Positions 50,844-64,000 of a stretch of DNA of 64,000 nucleotides are shown here, one piece after another. Source of the stretch: Mytilus trossulus (Eukaryota); NCBI RefSeq assembly GCF_036588685.1, contig NC_086383.1:27404001-27468000 (forward strand), read 5' to 3'. A program made the position numbers and the translations under genes. The notes below the pieces were generated by a model. The model was not told where the DNA came from. It worked only from the letters and a program-made list of their open reading frames with translations, and ran no database searches. Each line of letters opens with the position of its first letter. Position 1 is the stretch's first letter.

Positions 50844-53800
50844 ATGTTGAAGTTACAAGTATCTATATATAGTATCTGCATGGTGTTGACTCTGATACTG
50901 CATGATGAAGTGAAAGCTGAATCATGCACTACGCTAAGTAAGTTTTCATATTTACAGCAAAATCGAGCAATCTTATCCATTTATCTTGAAAATGTTAATT
51001 TTGATTTTATTAAAAGTAGAACTAGTTACCGTTTAAATAAAATCGACAATATGCACACCTTAAACATGTTATAGTGAAAGTCACGCGGAACATAAATAAC
51101 AAAAATACACGTGCATTTATTATCTAACAATGAAAAAACAAATAATGACTTTTATTACAATTTTAGAAAATGTTGCATACAAAATTCAGGATACCAATCT
51201 CTATTTTTGCAGTAAAAATAAAATCACAAAAATTTCCGAATTTACAGCATTTGGTCCGAGTACACAGTTATCGTCCTTTGATTTTCGTTGTCCACGAATA
51301 TAGTCCTTAGTGTGGACAGTCTGTGACTTGTCAATTTTTGTTATACCCCTTCCAAATTTATTTCTTCATGTTTTATGCCTCATATAGCAAGTTGGGGGAT
51401 GAAATGACACTGTAAAAAAATTTGGGTCATAAATATTTAAGTAAAGTAGTGATTAGGTCCAGCTGAAAAAGGTAAAAAATTAGCACTTCGGAAGCTGTCA
51501 AAAGATTTCAAGACCCCCTTAACATAAAATTGTCCATATTTTGAGTTAGAGCTGATGAAGTTTTCTATACTTTTGATATAATTTGTCCCAAAAGTAGTAC
51601 AACACACTGTAAGAATATTATTTAGAAAGCGCAGGTGGGATTTTTTTTATTTTCATTTATTGTCTAAAAGAAATGCACTACGAAATAACTGTGTACTCGG
51701 ACCTAAGAGGTGAAATCAGGAAATATAGAATTTGTACTTTGGAAACTTCCCTGAATGATTTGATGGTGTCACTTTGTCAAATAGCATAACACTAAAGGAT
51801 TTTTACTTTTATTTGATAGAATTTCTGCAAAAATTACCATTTTTGGCATTATATGGTCAAAATAAGCATTTCATAGCTTTTTCAATTTTGATGCATAAGT
51901 GGCATTCCGACTTTCTATCTGACATGTTTTCATGTGTCAATTTTTGTGTTTCTGTGCTTTAATCCAGTTGAATTACTCATTTGTGAACCCTGAATCTACA
52001 GAAAAGAAGATTATCTCAGACAATATGAGCAAAAAGTGTTGTATAAATGACCCTCGTCTAACGCCCTGTTTGGATCAAGTTAAATGTGAGGAGCATGGCA
52101 CATAAAAGTTGGAAGTCCATAATAAAGACTTACTAAATTTTTATAAAAAACACTAAACAATGTCTTTTGTACCTATTACATTTCACATAATATCTTTCTT
52201 TACTTCTGTAGGATACCATGTGGTTCACATATAAGCCTGTTGAGACTAAAATTGCATGCAAGTTTTTCACTAAAAAGTGAAAAATCTTTGTATCAGACCA
52301 TATTGTCTGCTAAAAAAGTTGAATGTAAAAGCCTTTTTGTGCTCAGATTTATTGTATCATGTCACATGAGTATAGAGATGATAGAAAAGACACAAATTTT
52401 TATTTCCTATAGCTTCAATGTGCATTTTTAAATGTAAATATGTGCGACGGCCTAAATTGACCCTAAATTATTTTTAGTCTTATTTGACCTAAGACCCATT
52501 TAAACTAATATGATATGTTATTTGTAAGTTTTCTTTCCATTTAAAGTACATTAAATACATATGTAAGGATTATTTATAATCAAAAAGCTTCACAAATTTA
52601 AAATTGCTGGAAAATATTACATCTTCATATAAGGCCCCCCTTCATTGGAAAACCTGCATTTTTAGGCACAGGCTCATATAAATTTGACTTTTGAAAAATT
52701 ATGCTAAGTCTGATATATCAAATGAGTACTCTATTGCTTTAAATACATGATATTTTGTATATTAAGGCATTTTAAAAGTATTGTTTTGCAATATTTTAAT
52801 TTTAAAAGCCCCAAATGTTGTTAGTTGAAATTTATCAATTTTAACATCAAAATTTAACACGCAAAGTTGAATATAGAATTAATCATAGTATCTATAATAT
52901 ATATCCAATTGTTATCAAACTTTGTTAGCAGTTTTATAATATATTAAGCTTTTGTCATACCAAGTTTTATTAAGATTTGGCAACTTTTTCTATCCTATTA
53001 GGTCCGAGTACACAGTTATCGTCCTTTGATTTTCGTTGTCCACCAATATAGTCCTTAGTGTGTACAGTGTGTTACTTGTCAAGTTTTGTTATACCCCTTC
53101 CAAATTTATTTCTTCATGTTTTATGCCTCATATAGCAAGTTTGGGGATGAAATGACACTGTAAAAAAATTTGGGACATAAATATTTAAGTAAAGTAGTGA
53201 TTAGGTCCAGCTGAAAAAGGTAAAAAATTCGGAAGCTGTCAAAAGATTTCAAGACCCCCTTAACATAAAATTGTCCATATTTTGAGTCAGAGCTGATGAA
53301 GTTTTCTATAATTTTGATATAATTTGTCCCAAAAGTAGTACAACACACTGTAAAAATATTATTGAGAAAGCGCAGGTGGGATTTTTTTTATTTTCATTTA
53401 TTGTCTAAAAGAAATGCACTACGAAATAACTGTGTACTCGGACCATTTTTGTTAATAGCATTATTATCGAAAATTCTTCTTTATAAATTTAAAAAAAATG
53501 AAAAACAAAATCCATTTAGCAGGTTTGAGCAAAGATGGATTTCGATAGTCTTTTGAGATAGTCTTTTAGTCATTAAATTGTTTTTGAAGTTTTAAAATAA
53601 CACCCTTTGCTGACATTGTTTGTGTATGATCGTGCTTGATTAAGATACATCGATGAGCTAGGTGAAATATAAACAGACACATTTCATTGTGCGGCCGTTA
53701 GTAATAAGCATATGACTATATTGATGTCCGAAATTTTTTGTGATAAGTTAAATTGAGAAGAACTTGACACAGCATGACCCCAAGAAACTGATACGCAAAT

Positions 53801-56564
53801 TTTATCAACAAATGAACTGTTATGCAATAAATGACATTGTTATAAAAAATGTGTATAAATTGATTAGTGTACATCATTGTACAATAAAATGAAAAACTAC
53901 AAACTTATCACATATGAAGTACATGTATCGATTGTTTGAGCCGATGGTTGATTTTTTCATATTTACAACATCTGATTACCAAAGATTGTTTTTCCAAATC
54001 GAACTAATTATTAAATTCAATCAATTCAAGGGTCATATCATTTATTACGTACAACCAAATGCCAAGACTTAGCACGCTTATTAAAAAAAAGTAGTTTAGA
54101 TGAAATTATCCTGGCTAAAAAAGCATACTTTATTTATAATATTTTTTTCATTGTCGTTTTGTAAACATTATGTTTGTAAGTTAAGATCCCGAATATACCC
54201 ACCGTAAGCTAGAGTGAAAGTTTCTGGTCAATTCAAATCTTAGTTCAAGGTTTTACCCACAATTGTCTTCGGTAAATGTATTTACTAGGTCATAAAAACA
54301 TGCAAGACACATTTGAGACAGTGTATTTTACTCTTTCCGTTGGTTGGCAACGTTAGATTTACTGGTCTGCTTACCCTTTCAGGAGCACCTGAGATCACCC
54401 CCAGTTTGTGGTGGGGTTCTTGTTGTTCAGTTTTTTTTTTTTCAATTTGTGTCTGGTTTACTTTCATATGGCTCTTTGTCTATATCATTTTTAGCCATGG
54501 CTTTGTCAGTTATTTTGTTCTATGAATTTGACTGTCCCTCTGGGATTTTACCCACCTCTTTTAAGTACGCCTCCTTTCAAAAGTTTGCTTTCTGTTTTGG
54601 GTTTTTGTCAAGAAGTTGCGATACGACAATATTTTAAACCTAATGAAGAGTTGTTTTATTGGCAATTACATCACATGTTCTTATCTTTATAATGCTAAAA
54701 AAAGGAATATACAAAGGGATGGGATGGTTTCTAATTTTTTTTAACAAAATGCAATGCTGAAAGGGGAAAGCATGTGGAATGTATGTCATAGGAAGATTGC
54801 TATCTATACTAAGGACAATGATATATACACTATTGTCTTTACTAAACAAATTGTTATATACAGAACATTAAAATATACGGAAATTCAACATTTGAATATG
54901 GCAAAATCTTAAAACAATGGTATAACACCCACCGGCATGTCCCACGTCACAATATGATGTGGAGGGTTGTATAATATTGTATCTTCAACATACGTCAAGT
55001 GTGGTTATCACTCATTTTCAGAAAGGAAGATAGTTGACAACTTACGGGAAATGATGATTCCCTTCAGATGTGGACCTCAAACATTTGGTAAATAGTGCAT
55101 ATTTCACATACTTGTATTTAAAATAATTCTGCATGCGATCAAATTGCGAATGGAAATGAGGAATGTGTCAAACAGACAACAACTCGACTGAAGAACAGAC
55201 AACAGCCAAGGCCACCAATGTTTTTTAAATGCAGCGGGGAATTCCTGCACCTAAAGGCGTGCTTCAGCGGTGCATAAAAACAAATATACTAATCCAGTGA
55301 TGGACGACATACTTAACTCCGAAATATATAAAAGCGTCTAAAATTAAAAATCCACGCTAAGATCATGAAATCATAAGAAGGACCTTCAAAGACATTAAGG
55401 TTTACTTTAATCCTAATATGCATGCATACTATTGCAGATAACTTTTTATCTATCACATTAACAGTACATGGACAGGCAGTTCCTTATCTATGCTACCCTC
55501 TTCCCTTTCCTTTACTCTCCCTCGACCCAAACTTATTAAATAGCATGTTATCAGAATACATAGATTGGTATTACCCATCATCCCCATTTCCACCTTTGAA
55601 TCCGATTTTTTACCTCTTCCTCCCCTTTCCCGACCAGCATTATGAGGTTTTATCCATGTCCACTGCTTCTTCATGTACAGTAGCTACAGTGATTTGAAAT
55701 AAAAACAAGGTCCAACGGAATTATCACAATTAACTCTGGAATTGTTTTCCGTTTTTTGGCAAAAGTGCATGGGTGACATCCGGAAATAAAACTTGTTTTG
55801 TTGAAATACAGATAAAGGTAAAATTTTCTACTATCAATCGTGCATGTTTTGGGTATTTTTATGATTATTTTGTGAAGCCTATCTCTAAATTTGTTTAGGT
55901 CTTTGATCATTGATGTTTGATGTGATCTTTATTTATATACATGATTGTATGATTGAAAAATATACCATTCTTTTGTGTTTTTTTATTATTACATTTATTT
56001 TCAAATTGTTAAATAATATAACAATGTATCTGAACAGAAACGATAGGTTTGACGTACGAAAATATTGGTGTTTTTGGAAATTAAAGCTTCCTTTCTTATT
56101 GTTTTTTTTTTTATCTAAAACTTTATTCCATATTTCAAAATTAACAACAATTTTAATTATTTATAGGTGTCAGTGATGATGAAGACAGACCTGCTTTCAC
56201 AGCTACACTAAAAAGTCCTATAAGTCTCACTAATGGTGCTGCAATTATATTTGACACAGTAATTTTGAACCGTGGTGGGGGATACAATCCCAAGACAGGA
56301 ATATTTACAGCAACAAAGAAAGGAATATATCAAATATCTGCGACAATCATGTCACAAGGTGGAGATCAAATGATTTGTTACATTACTAAAAATGAACGTA
56401 ATATCTTGAGCTTGTATGGTCCAAGGCTCCATGGCGCATCAGAAACTGCAAATCCCGTGCTAGAACTTGAAAAGGGAGATATTGTTTCTGTGAAAAGCTA
56501 TGGTTCACAACAAATAAATGGGGATCATTATTCTTATTTTTCAGCAGTATATATAGCTCAGTGA
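50844..56564 (+). CDS. Secreted globular-head C1q-domain-containing protein (C1qDC), 3 exons, 185 aa
   Basis: Exon 50844-50937: signal peptide MLKLQVSIYSICMVLTLILHDEVKA-ESCTTL, donor A|GTAAGT. Exon 55022-55087: KRKIVDNLREMMIPFRCGPQTF. Exon 56167-56564: PAFTATL...IIFDTVILNRGGGYNPKTGIFTATKKGIYQIS...VLELEKGDIVSV...YSYFSAVYIAQ*. All introns are phase 1 and the gC1q motifs are canonical. AATAAA follows at about 56590. Confidence 0.92.
51253..53444. mobile_element. Composite element: two direct ~450-bp TIR-bounded units (51253-51703, 53001-53444) around a 1.3-kb core, in C1qDC intron 1
   Basis: Each unit starts GGTCCGAGTACACAGTTAT and ends ATAACTGTGTACTCGGACC. The units are near-identical. ATTT flanks the outer ends (51249-51252, 53445-53448). 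Confidence 0.8.
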
Positions 56565-59500
56565 TATATTCAAAGGAAAGCAAAACAAAAATAAAAAAAA
56601 TAAAGAAATCAAGTTTTTATTTTTTTTATTGCCCCTATCAAAATTAGTATTATCAATTGAATATTGATAGATAAAGTGTCCTTGAAGTTAAATGTTGATT
56701 CAGATCAATTTCAGATTGATCATGTTTAAAATCGCTTTGCATTTAACATGTTTAACACGTATGAATGATAACCGCAATACATGATTATCAATAAAAAATA
56801 TTGTATTAAAATATTGAAATAAAAAAACTATTCGACAGAACATTGCAGAACCAGAAAGTTAGAATAAAACAAGTGTGCATAAACTCTCACTTGTAATAGC
56901 TTTATATGCAAAATAAGGTAACCTTTCTAGTCATTGGGTTAATAATTAATCCTCAAGGAGGGACAATCAATTTAAATACCGAACTCTGGAATCAAATGAA
57001 CTTCATAAATTATGTGAACAGTAGTATACCGCTGTTCAAAACTCATAAATCCATGGACAAAAAACAAAATCGGGGTAACAAACTAAAACTGAGGGAGACT
57101 CATTTAAATATAAGAGGAGTACAACGACACAACGTTAAAACGGAACATAGAAATAAATTATTGCTATTATATGCAACTTTAGTTCTATTTCGTCACATAA
57201 GTCGGAAAAAAGTAGAACTATGCATTATTGTCTTACTCATTTTAATATGTAGTCCTGCAACTTTTATTCTATCTATTATTCGAATAGGTTCATGAGATCA
57301 AGAGGTGGTTAACTTTCCGGAAAGAAGACAATGTCAACATTTGTAAGAAAACGTGTCACTTGGCAAGTTTTTTTCAAAACTGTGGCAAAAGGGGATAACT
57401 TTTTTTTCCTTTTATTAATTGTTGATTATAAGATAGAGAGCAAAAGAAAAGCAGCCACACAACGGAAAGAATTTCATGCTGTTGAAAAATACCTATAAAC
57501 TAAATAACTATATTTCAGTATTGATTTTACACTAGACAAACAATTATAAACGACAGGTATTATTTATAGCTTAGCAAGGAATTCCAAACACTATAAATAT
57601 AATTTTGTGAAATCATGTCTCAAAATAGCAAAACTTATAAACACAAAGGAATATGAAATTATTGTCTATATGTGTGTGTCTAGAAACATGAGTTTGAAAC
57701 AAGAAAGTGTCAGTTTATACACAAATGGACAAATAAACTTGATATTTCTTTTACCTTTGTGCAAATGCAAACTCTTTAGCACACTTTCGAATGATTGATA
57801 TACCCAGTCAACAGTATAGTTCAAATGTTATTAACTATAAAAGGCCTTTAAATGCTTTGCAAAAATGTTTCACTTTTCCAATATCACCGAAAGTCATTTG
57901 ACTATGTTCCTATCAACACTAATTTATTGACAAGTAACATGTATCAACAAAAAATAGTTCAATGATTTTATTTTGAATTGTAAAGTAACTTTTGTGTCTT
58001 TGCAATCAACGTCAGATGATATATGTTTAGTTGTTATTTAAAAGAGGGATGAAAGATACCAAACGGACAGTCAAGCTCATAAATGTAAAATAAACTGACA
58101 ACGCCATAGCTAAAACTGAATATTGAGGTCTTGTCATTCAAGTACATGTTAGCTACAATTGTCTGTCAAGCACGGAAAACAATTTTCAAAAATGGTAATG
58201 ACCGACCTTAAAATCAGTTTAACTCTTTTGTTTCAATGTTTATTAATTTAATATCACCAAAATACAAGAACAATATATATGAGGAATCCCTTTTTCGGAG
58301 TTGCATTATCAAAGCAGTGTTGAGTTGCTTATGCCTTCAAATTCACAAGTCAAGGACTATCGTTTTCACTCGAGTTTCCAGTCGAGACCAGTATTTACTA
58401 CGATCGTTTTTTAAACAGTTGCACAATAAAAGTACCGTCTTTTTCTCACGAATAAATGATAATACATTATTTTCTACAGCTGCAATGATGAAACATGACA
58501 TTCTGCATAACATTTGTAAAAGGTAGAATTTGTTGTACTGACGAAGGTTTTAAGAAAATCCAAGACTTATTTAGATTGATTGTTTCTCTTTCTTATCTCC
58601 AAACGAGGACAATAATCGCATATTGTAGATTGTAAATAATTATCGAAAAAGTAAGGGTTCAGTTTGTAAAAGGTAGAAGTTGTTGTTCTGAATACCAGTT
58701 TTTATTGAACTTAAAAACTTATTCAGATTCGTGAACAAGCAGTGCATTTTACCATGGCAGAAATATAACAGATTTTTTGTCATTCAATGGATGTGTTCGA
58801 GCTTTTAATTTTGTCAATTGTTAAGGACTTTTTGTATTGTGGTTGTTTTATAAGTGTAGTTTGGTGTCGAAAAATGAATCTGTTGACTGATGATTTTCAT
58901 TATCAACGGGTTTATATTGATATGAGCAACACGACAGGTATCATATGTGGAGCAGTATCTGCTTACCATTGAGGAGGACCTGTGACATCCCTTATCCTTT
59001 TCTTTTATCAATTGCTTTTAAACAAACTATTCGAATTAAGATTATTGGAAGAACTCTTGATATTTTTAAGATTAAACTTTGAAAGGCTTGGAAAATCTGG
59101 TGATATTCCTGAAAAAACATTTAGTCATTCACTATCGGTAATCCCAAATATTGCGACAACGAGTCGTGTTTCTATCATTGATTTCTATACTCTATCAATG
59201 TTTAACATTTTGCATTTGAAACGGTATTATTGACAAATTTTAGATCCTCAATGCTCTTTAACTTTAAACTTGTTTGACATTTTAAATATTTCGATCTTAG
59301 CGTCACTGATGAGTCTTATTTAGACGATACGCGTATTAATTTATTAGCCTGGTATCTGTAATAACTATTTCGTAAGAGCATTTATGTACATCCGCTTTGT
59401 TTCTCCCATACTATCGAATGGTGCTATGTAGAATTACTCAAAATGATGTAAAGCCTTTTCCTACAAATTGATTGCTTGATAAATATCTTAATGTAGCTGC

Positions 59501-62500
59501 AACATTGAAATTACGAGAAATTTATTTTGAGAAAAGCTTTCTTAAAGTCCACCATGTCAATATATGTATGGTAACATAGACATTTATTCTTGCACTGAAA
59601 ACACGGTCTGATAAATTCTAAATATTAAACTATTGAGAAAAAGATGATGGTACAAAGGTTTTTTCAAAATTCTTAGACATGTAATTTTTTAATCATTTTA
59701 TATACTTTTTGTTCTAAAATAGAGAAAATTCAAAATTAAAAGCATGGTCAATTTGACAAGTAAAAATTACAAAATGTTATAAAACTTTCCAATATCAATA
59801 AGCATCCTTTTTTAGTTAAATATATTCAAAAGACCAATCCAGAAAATTTCACGTTTTTATGAAATTTTGATTTATCATTTGCCGAGAAAAAGGTATTTCA
59901 CTAGTGAGGAGGACTTTTTTCTCACACCGTTTAAGAAATGTGAAAAGAGCGCAAACAAAAGAGAAATAAAAGTTTAAAACATAATCTTCAATTTCAATGC
60001 TAATATTCATAATACATACATTGCTTACCTTACCGTTTTCGGCACTTTTTTCAGTCATTTTGTCTGAGTATTAAGAATAGGTGAATAACTTTAATAACTA
60101 ATTACCATGTTGCAATATATACTAGTCAACAAAAGAAACGATACACGACTTTGCAATAAAATTTATCAAAAAGTATTAAATATAAAAAAAAATAAAGTAC
60201 ACTTTTTTTAAAAGCTTTCATTTGGAATGTATGCGCATATGATAATGAGAATCTAATCCTGTCGATAACAAAATTTCTGGTAAACGATCTTAGGGTGCAA
60301 ATTATTTTTTCGGAAAGTTGGATCAAAAATCGACATCCAATTTTCAAAGTATCATATAAATTTTCAAATTTCTTTAAAAATATTCAATATGCTAATCAAG
60401 TCATGTACATATTGTTACTAATGGGTTGAAATAATGTTTTAAAATTTTTGGTAAAAAGTGCTTTTTGAAATCTAAAAAAATACAGAAAAAGACAACAATG
60501 CTTTCCTCTCAAATCAATGCTTTAGATATGAGAACAATACACTGTAAATTTTGCACCGTTCGGAGTAGTTTTAAGATTGTAATAGGTTTTTTTAAAATTC
60601 CCCTTACACATACTGTCTATGGTAAATCAATGGATAATGCATACGACTGAACGATTTCTTGTGGGACTCAACTTTGTTTTTTTTAAATACAAAACGAAAC
60701 TGTACAATTAAAAAAAAAAAAAATGATGGCAAACATTGTCTAAACCTTTCAATGAGAGGTTCGCATCAATAGTTGGAACTTCTGTTTTTTGAAATTGTCG
60801 TTTTATTTAAGTTTTGTCAAAACAATAATTTGCCAAATGACGTCATAAACGGAAAACTTCATCTTGAAATTTGAAAAAGTCTTGTATCGTTTCTTTTTTT
60901 TTGACTTGTATATGTTAAGGGTATTCGCTTGTCATGTTTTTGAAATTCTGTCAGATTTTCGGAATCCTCTGGTCTTATCCATTTAAATTCCTTTAATAAA
61001 TTTGCCCATTAACCCATTTTTCTTTTTAATAATATTTTAATAGTTTTTGAGAACTTCAACTTGTGAATGATTAAATTATAAAAGATCAAGAGAAAAACTT
61101 ATCCCACTAAAATTTCAATGACTTATATCTCGAAAAACACACTGATCTATATATTCTGTTCGCTATCTTATTGTTTTTAATACCCTTATCACTATGTTAT
61201 ATTTTTATGAAAAGCTTGTTATTTTGAAACTAAGAAGCGAAAAGTAAAATCACAAAAATCCTGAACTCCGAGGAAAATTCAATCGGAAAGTCCCAAATAA
61301 CGTGGCAAAATCAAATGACATCAAACGAATGGACAACAACTGTCATATTCCTGACTTCGTACAGGCATTTTCTAATGTAGAAAATGGTGGATTAATCCTG
61401 GGTTTATAGCGCCAAACATTAATTTCAAATACTGCAAAACTGTCAAAACCAGCTGTTAACTGAAGTCTCTTACTTGAAACAGACTATACTTTCTAAAAAC
61501 GTAAGGAGGTGGAAGTCAATCAATACTCTACAGATATGGTACAAATGCGAAAGTAAACCAAAATGTCCTTCTAGTTGACAAGTAGGATTTAAGATAATTC
61601 AAACATTATGAAAGGATAAATATGTATTAAATAGGATACACTTTTAACATCTGAAGTAGCTTATTTATGCTATAACTATGTTCCCGTAATAAGCAACTGT
61701 GCAAAAGTGAAAGTAAGTATCACGTAGTCTCGCAAAATAATATAAACAGGGAAATGTGAATTAAATGAATGAATCAATTTTGATACAAACATAATATCAT
61801 TCAACCATCAAGGCACAACATAGCCATGATAGTAAAACCAAAATAATTTAATGCACATTGAGTCTGTGCAAAAAAAAAGATATATACCTGTATTTAACGT
61901 TTATCAAAACGTTGTGAAATTTGTATATATAGAAAAGACATTTGCCACCGGTTTTAATGGAAGTAGACTTAATTATCTTTTGGTTTGACTTCCTGTGAAG
62001 GTATGTCTTTAATCCTTGTTCCTGGACCTTATATATTATTGACTATTGTTGGAATATTTCGATCACTATTGTTTAACAACTGAAACATATATTGTACATG
62101 AAGGAATATAATTCATGCTTTATCTCATGGTCTGTAAATGCTGGGAAACAGTATGAAGAAAACAAAATGAGATCTATTCTAGCGATCGGTGAAAAACTGC
62201 GTAGTATGTCAGTAAAAACAAGAGTTCGTGGTAAATTGTAAGCACGTTTATGTAGCTTGTCCATCATGCATTACATTCATTAATTGGATCGATCAAGTAC
62301 TCAAGTGAAAACAAATATCATTTTATGTAAACAAACGAATGTTTTTTGGGGGAATATTATCATGCTTTGTAAGACATACCTGTATAAGTACACCCGACCT
62401 GTTCAAGAGATCCTCAACATTTTGAAATGAATAAAAACTAATAGTATCATGATGCTATTTACTTGCACGCTTCTTTTCATCTGAATATGAACATTTTCCT

Positions 62501-63014
62501 TGTGACGTTTTAAAGCAAATTTAATAATTTATCAGCATTAATACAATTTGCATTAGTTGTGATTTTAACTTATTTTGACTAATTATCAAAAATCTTATAA
62601 GATATCGACAAATTTTTTTGGATAAATTGTTAGTTGCCACATGTCGAAACATATTAATTTTGGTTGAGAGTAGACAATAAATGGGAGTTTTCGCCCATTT
62701 TATATTTAGAATTATGCGTAAAGAAATATAGCTCATTAACAATACATAATAAAGAACAATGGTCTTGGATTTGAGATCCCTGGTTTATGACATTGAAATT
62801 GAGGTCAAGGTCACTGGTTGATTAGACGTTCTAGATTTTTACTTTTGCTTTAAATTCATTTTTATATATCATAAAGCCATATAAACTAACATTTAAAACT
62901 GAATTTTGATGTTTTCCTATCAAAATATATTGTTACTGGTGGAAACCCTTCAATTGTTTTCTGAACAATTGGCTTTTAATAAAAAAAAATATTGTTTATT
63001 GTAGTTCATCAGAT

Positions 63015-64000
63015 ATGAATCCATGTGTATTTACTTTTTATTTTCCACTGCTGATGTTTATACTGCAATTGACAGGTAAGTTCAGAGTTTTGTTTTTAAT
63101 ACGGTTAGTTTAGAAATTATTTCGAGGTATTTATAACTGCAAAAATTGAGATTGGGTCAGTAGCGCTTTAATAAGCAATCACATTTTGAAAATGTTCATA
63201 TACATTTCTAATAATGATTATTCCTCTTTAGCTTTTGTGCATACTTCAAACATTGCAAGACTTGGTGTGATACATAATCTATTTTTTTCCTACATTTACA
63301 GCACAGATACTCTGAAACCAAGAGGATTAAAATGGTCGTTTATATATTATAATATCAGAAAGAAAAATATTCAATTAGTTTATTATGTCAGTAGATCCGC
63401 ATTAGGGCCATTTTAACTTCGTTTTTTTTAAGGAAAAGTCAATCTGGTTAATTAAGTTGGGGAATTATCTTTTTTTTAGGGGGGAGGGGGTATTCCTAGT
63501 CGGAATGAGACAATTATTTGTTTACTAGGCATGCGAAAATCTGATGGGTAGATAGCTGATATTTACTCTTTAAATTAATATAAATAGATTGAACGTTAAC
63601 GTATGCCAACACAATGTCAGCTTGGGAAAAAGGTCAGATTACTTAGTATTAATAAAATGTTATTTAATATGTTATTATATGTTTACTTTCTCGAAAGTAG
63701 GACCAATCTTAGTATATTTTCATGCAGTTCAATACTACTTTTAGATTCATTAAGATGGACAGTAGAACACAAAGTAACTGACTATGGACAAAACTTAATA
63801 TTGTTATGTAGAGTGTCGAACTGTTGTATGAAAGATGCAGGATGGTATTTATGGACTCCTACAAAACGCACAATTCTTAAAGACGTAAAAACTGCTAGTA
63901 TATCAGTCCCAAAGAAGTATTCGGGATATATTCGAACAGATGGTTTTAGTCTTATTATCAATAATCTTACACGAGCTGATATGAACGTTAGTTACTCTTG
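63015..64000 (+). CDS. Immunoglobulin-like domain protein, 5' part (signal-peptide exon plus Ig exon running off the window)
   Basis: Exon 63015-63075: MNPCVFTFYFPLLMFILQLT, donor G|GTAAGT. Exon from 63745: DSLRWTVEHKVTDYGQNLILLCRVSNCCMKDAGWYLW...KKYSGYIRTDGFSLIINNLTRADMNVSYS(C). It has the B-strand Cys, the C-strand Trp, an LxIxNL E strand and a DxxxxYxC F strand. Confidence 0.85.

Noticed and set aside
50640-51074. 144-aa ORF
   Set aside because: Only 50844-50937 is the C1qDC signal-peptide exon; the rest is upstream or intronic sequence.
51704-53000. Transposase or RT coding capacity in the composite element core
   Set aside because: Only short ORFs, with no recognisable motifs.

Overview
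AT-rich, intron-containing animal genomic DNA. It is most consistent with a bivalve mollusc, probably Mytilus; this is inferred from the gene families and repeat types, not established. Most entries in the ORF track are spurious. By reading splice sites I reconstruct five genes. (1) A small secreted, cationic Cys-rich peptide at 17014-17202 (+), followed by a degenerate copy. (2, 3) Two tandem minus-strand paralogues encoding PH-domain proteins of PLEKHB/evectin-like layout, at about 23169-30746 and 38388-45991. Their PH exons have identical sizes. Each has an independent tandem-repeat expansion at the post-PH exon that multiplies splice donors around stop codons. One ends in a Gly/Asp/Tyr tail, the other in a metallothionein-like Cys-rich tail. 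(4) A 3-exon secreted C1q-domain gene at 50844-56564 (+). (5) The first two coding exons of an Ig-domain protein at 63015 to the window end (+). The intergenic and intronic DNA holds many copies of a ~355-nt retrozyme-like repeat carrying a minimal type I hammerhead ribozyme, several SINE-like families, MITEs, a composite element made of two MITEs, minisatellites and a ~930-bp tandem duplication.
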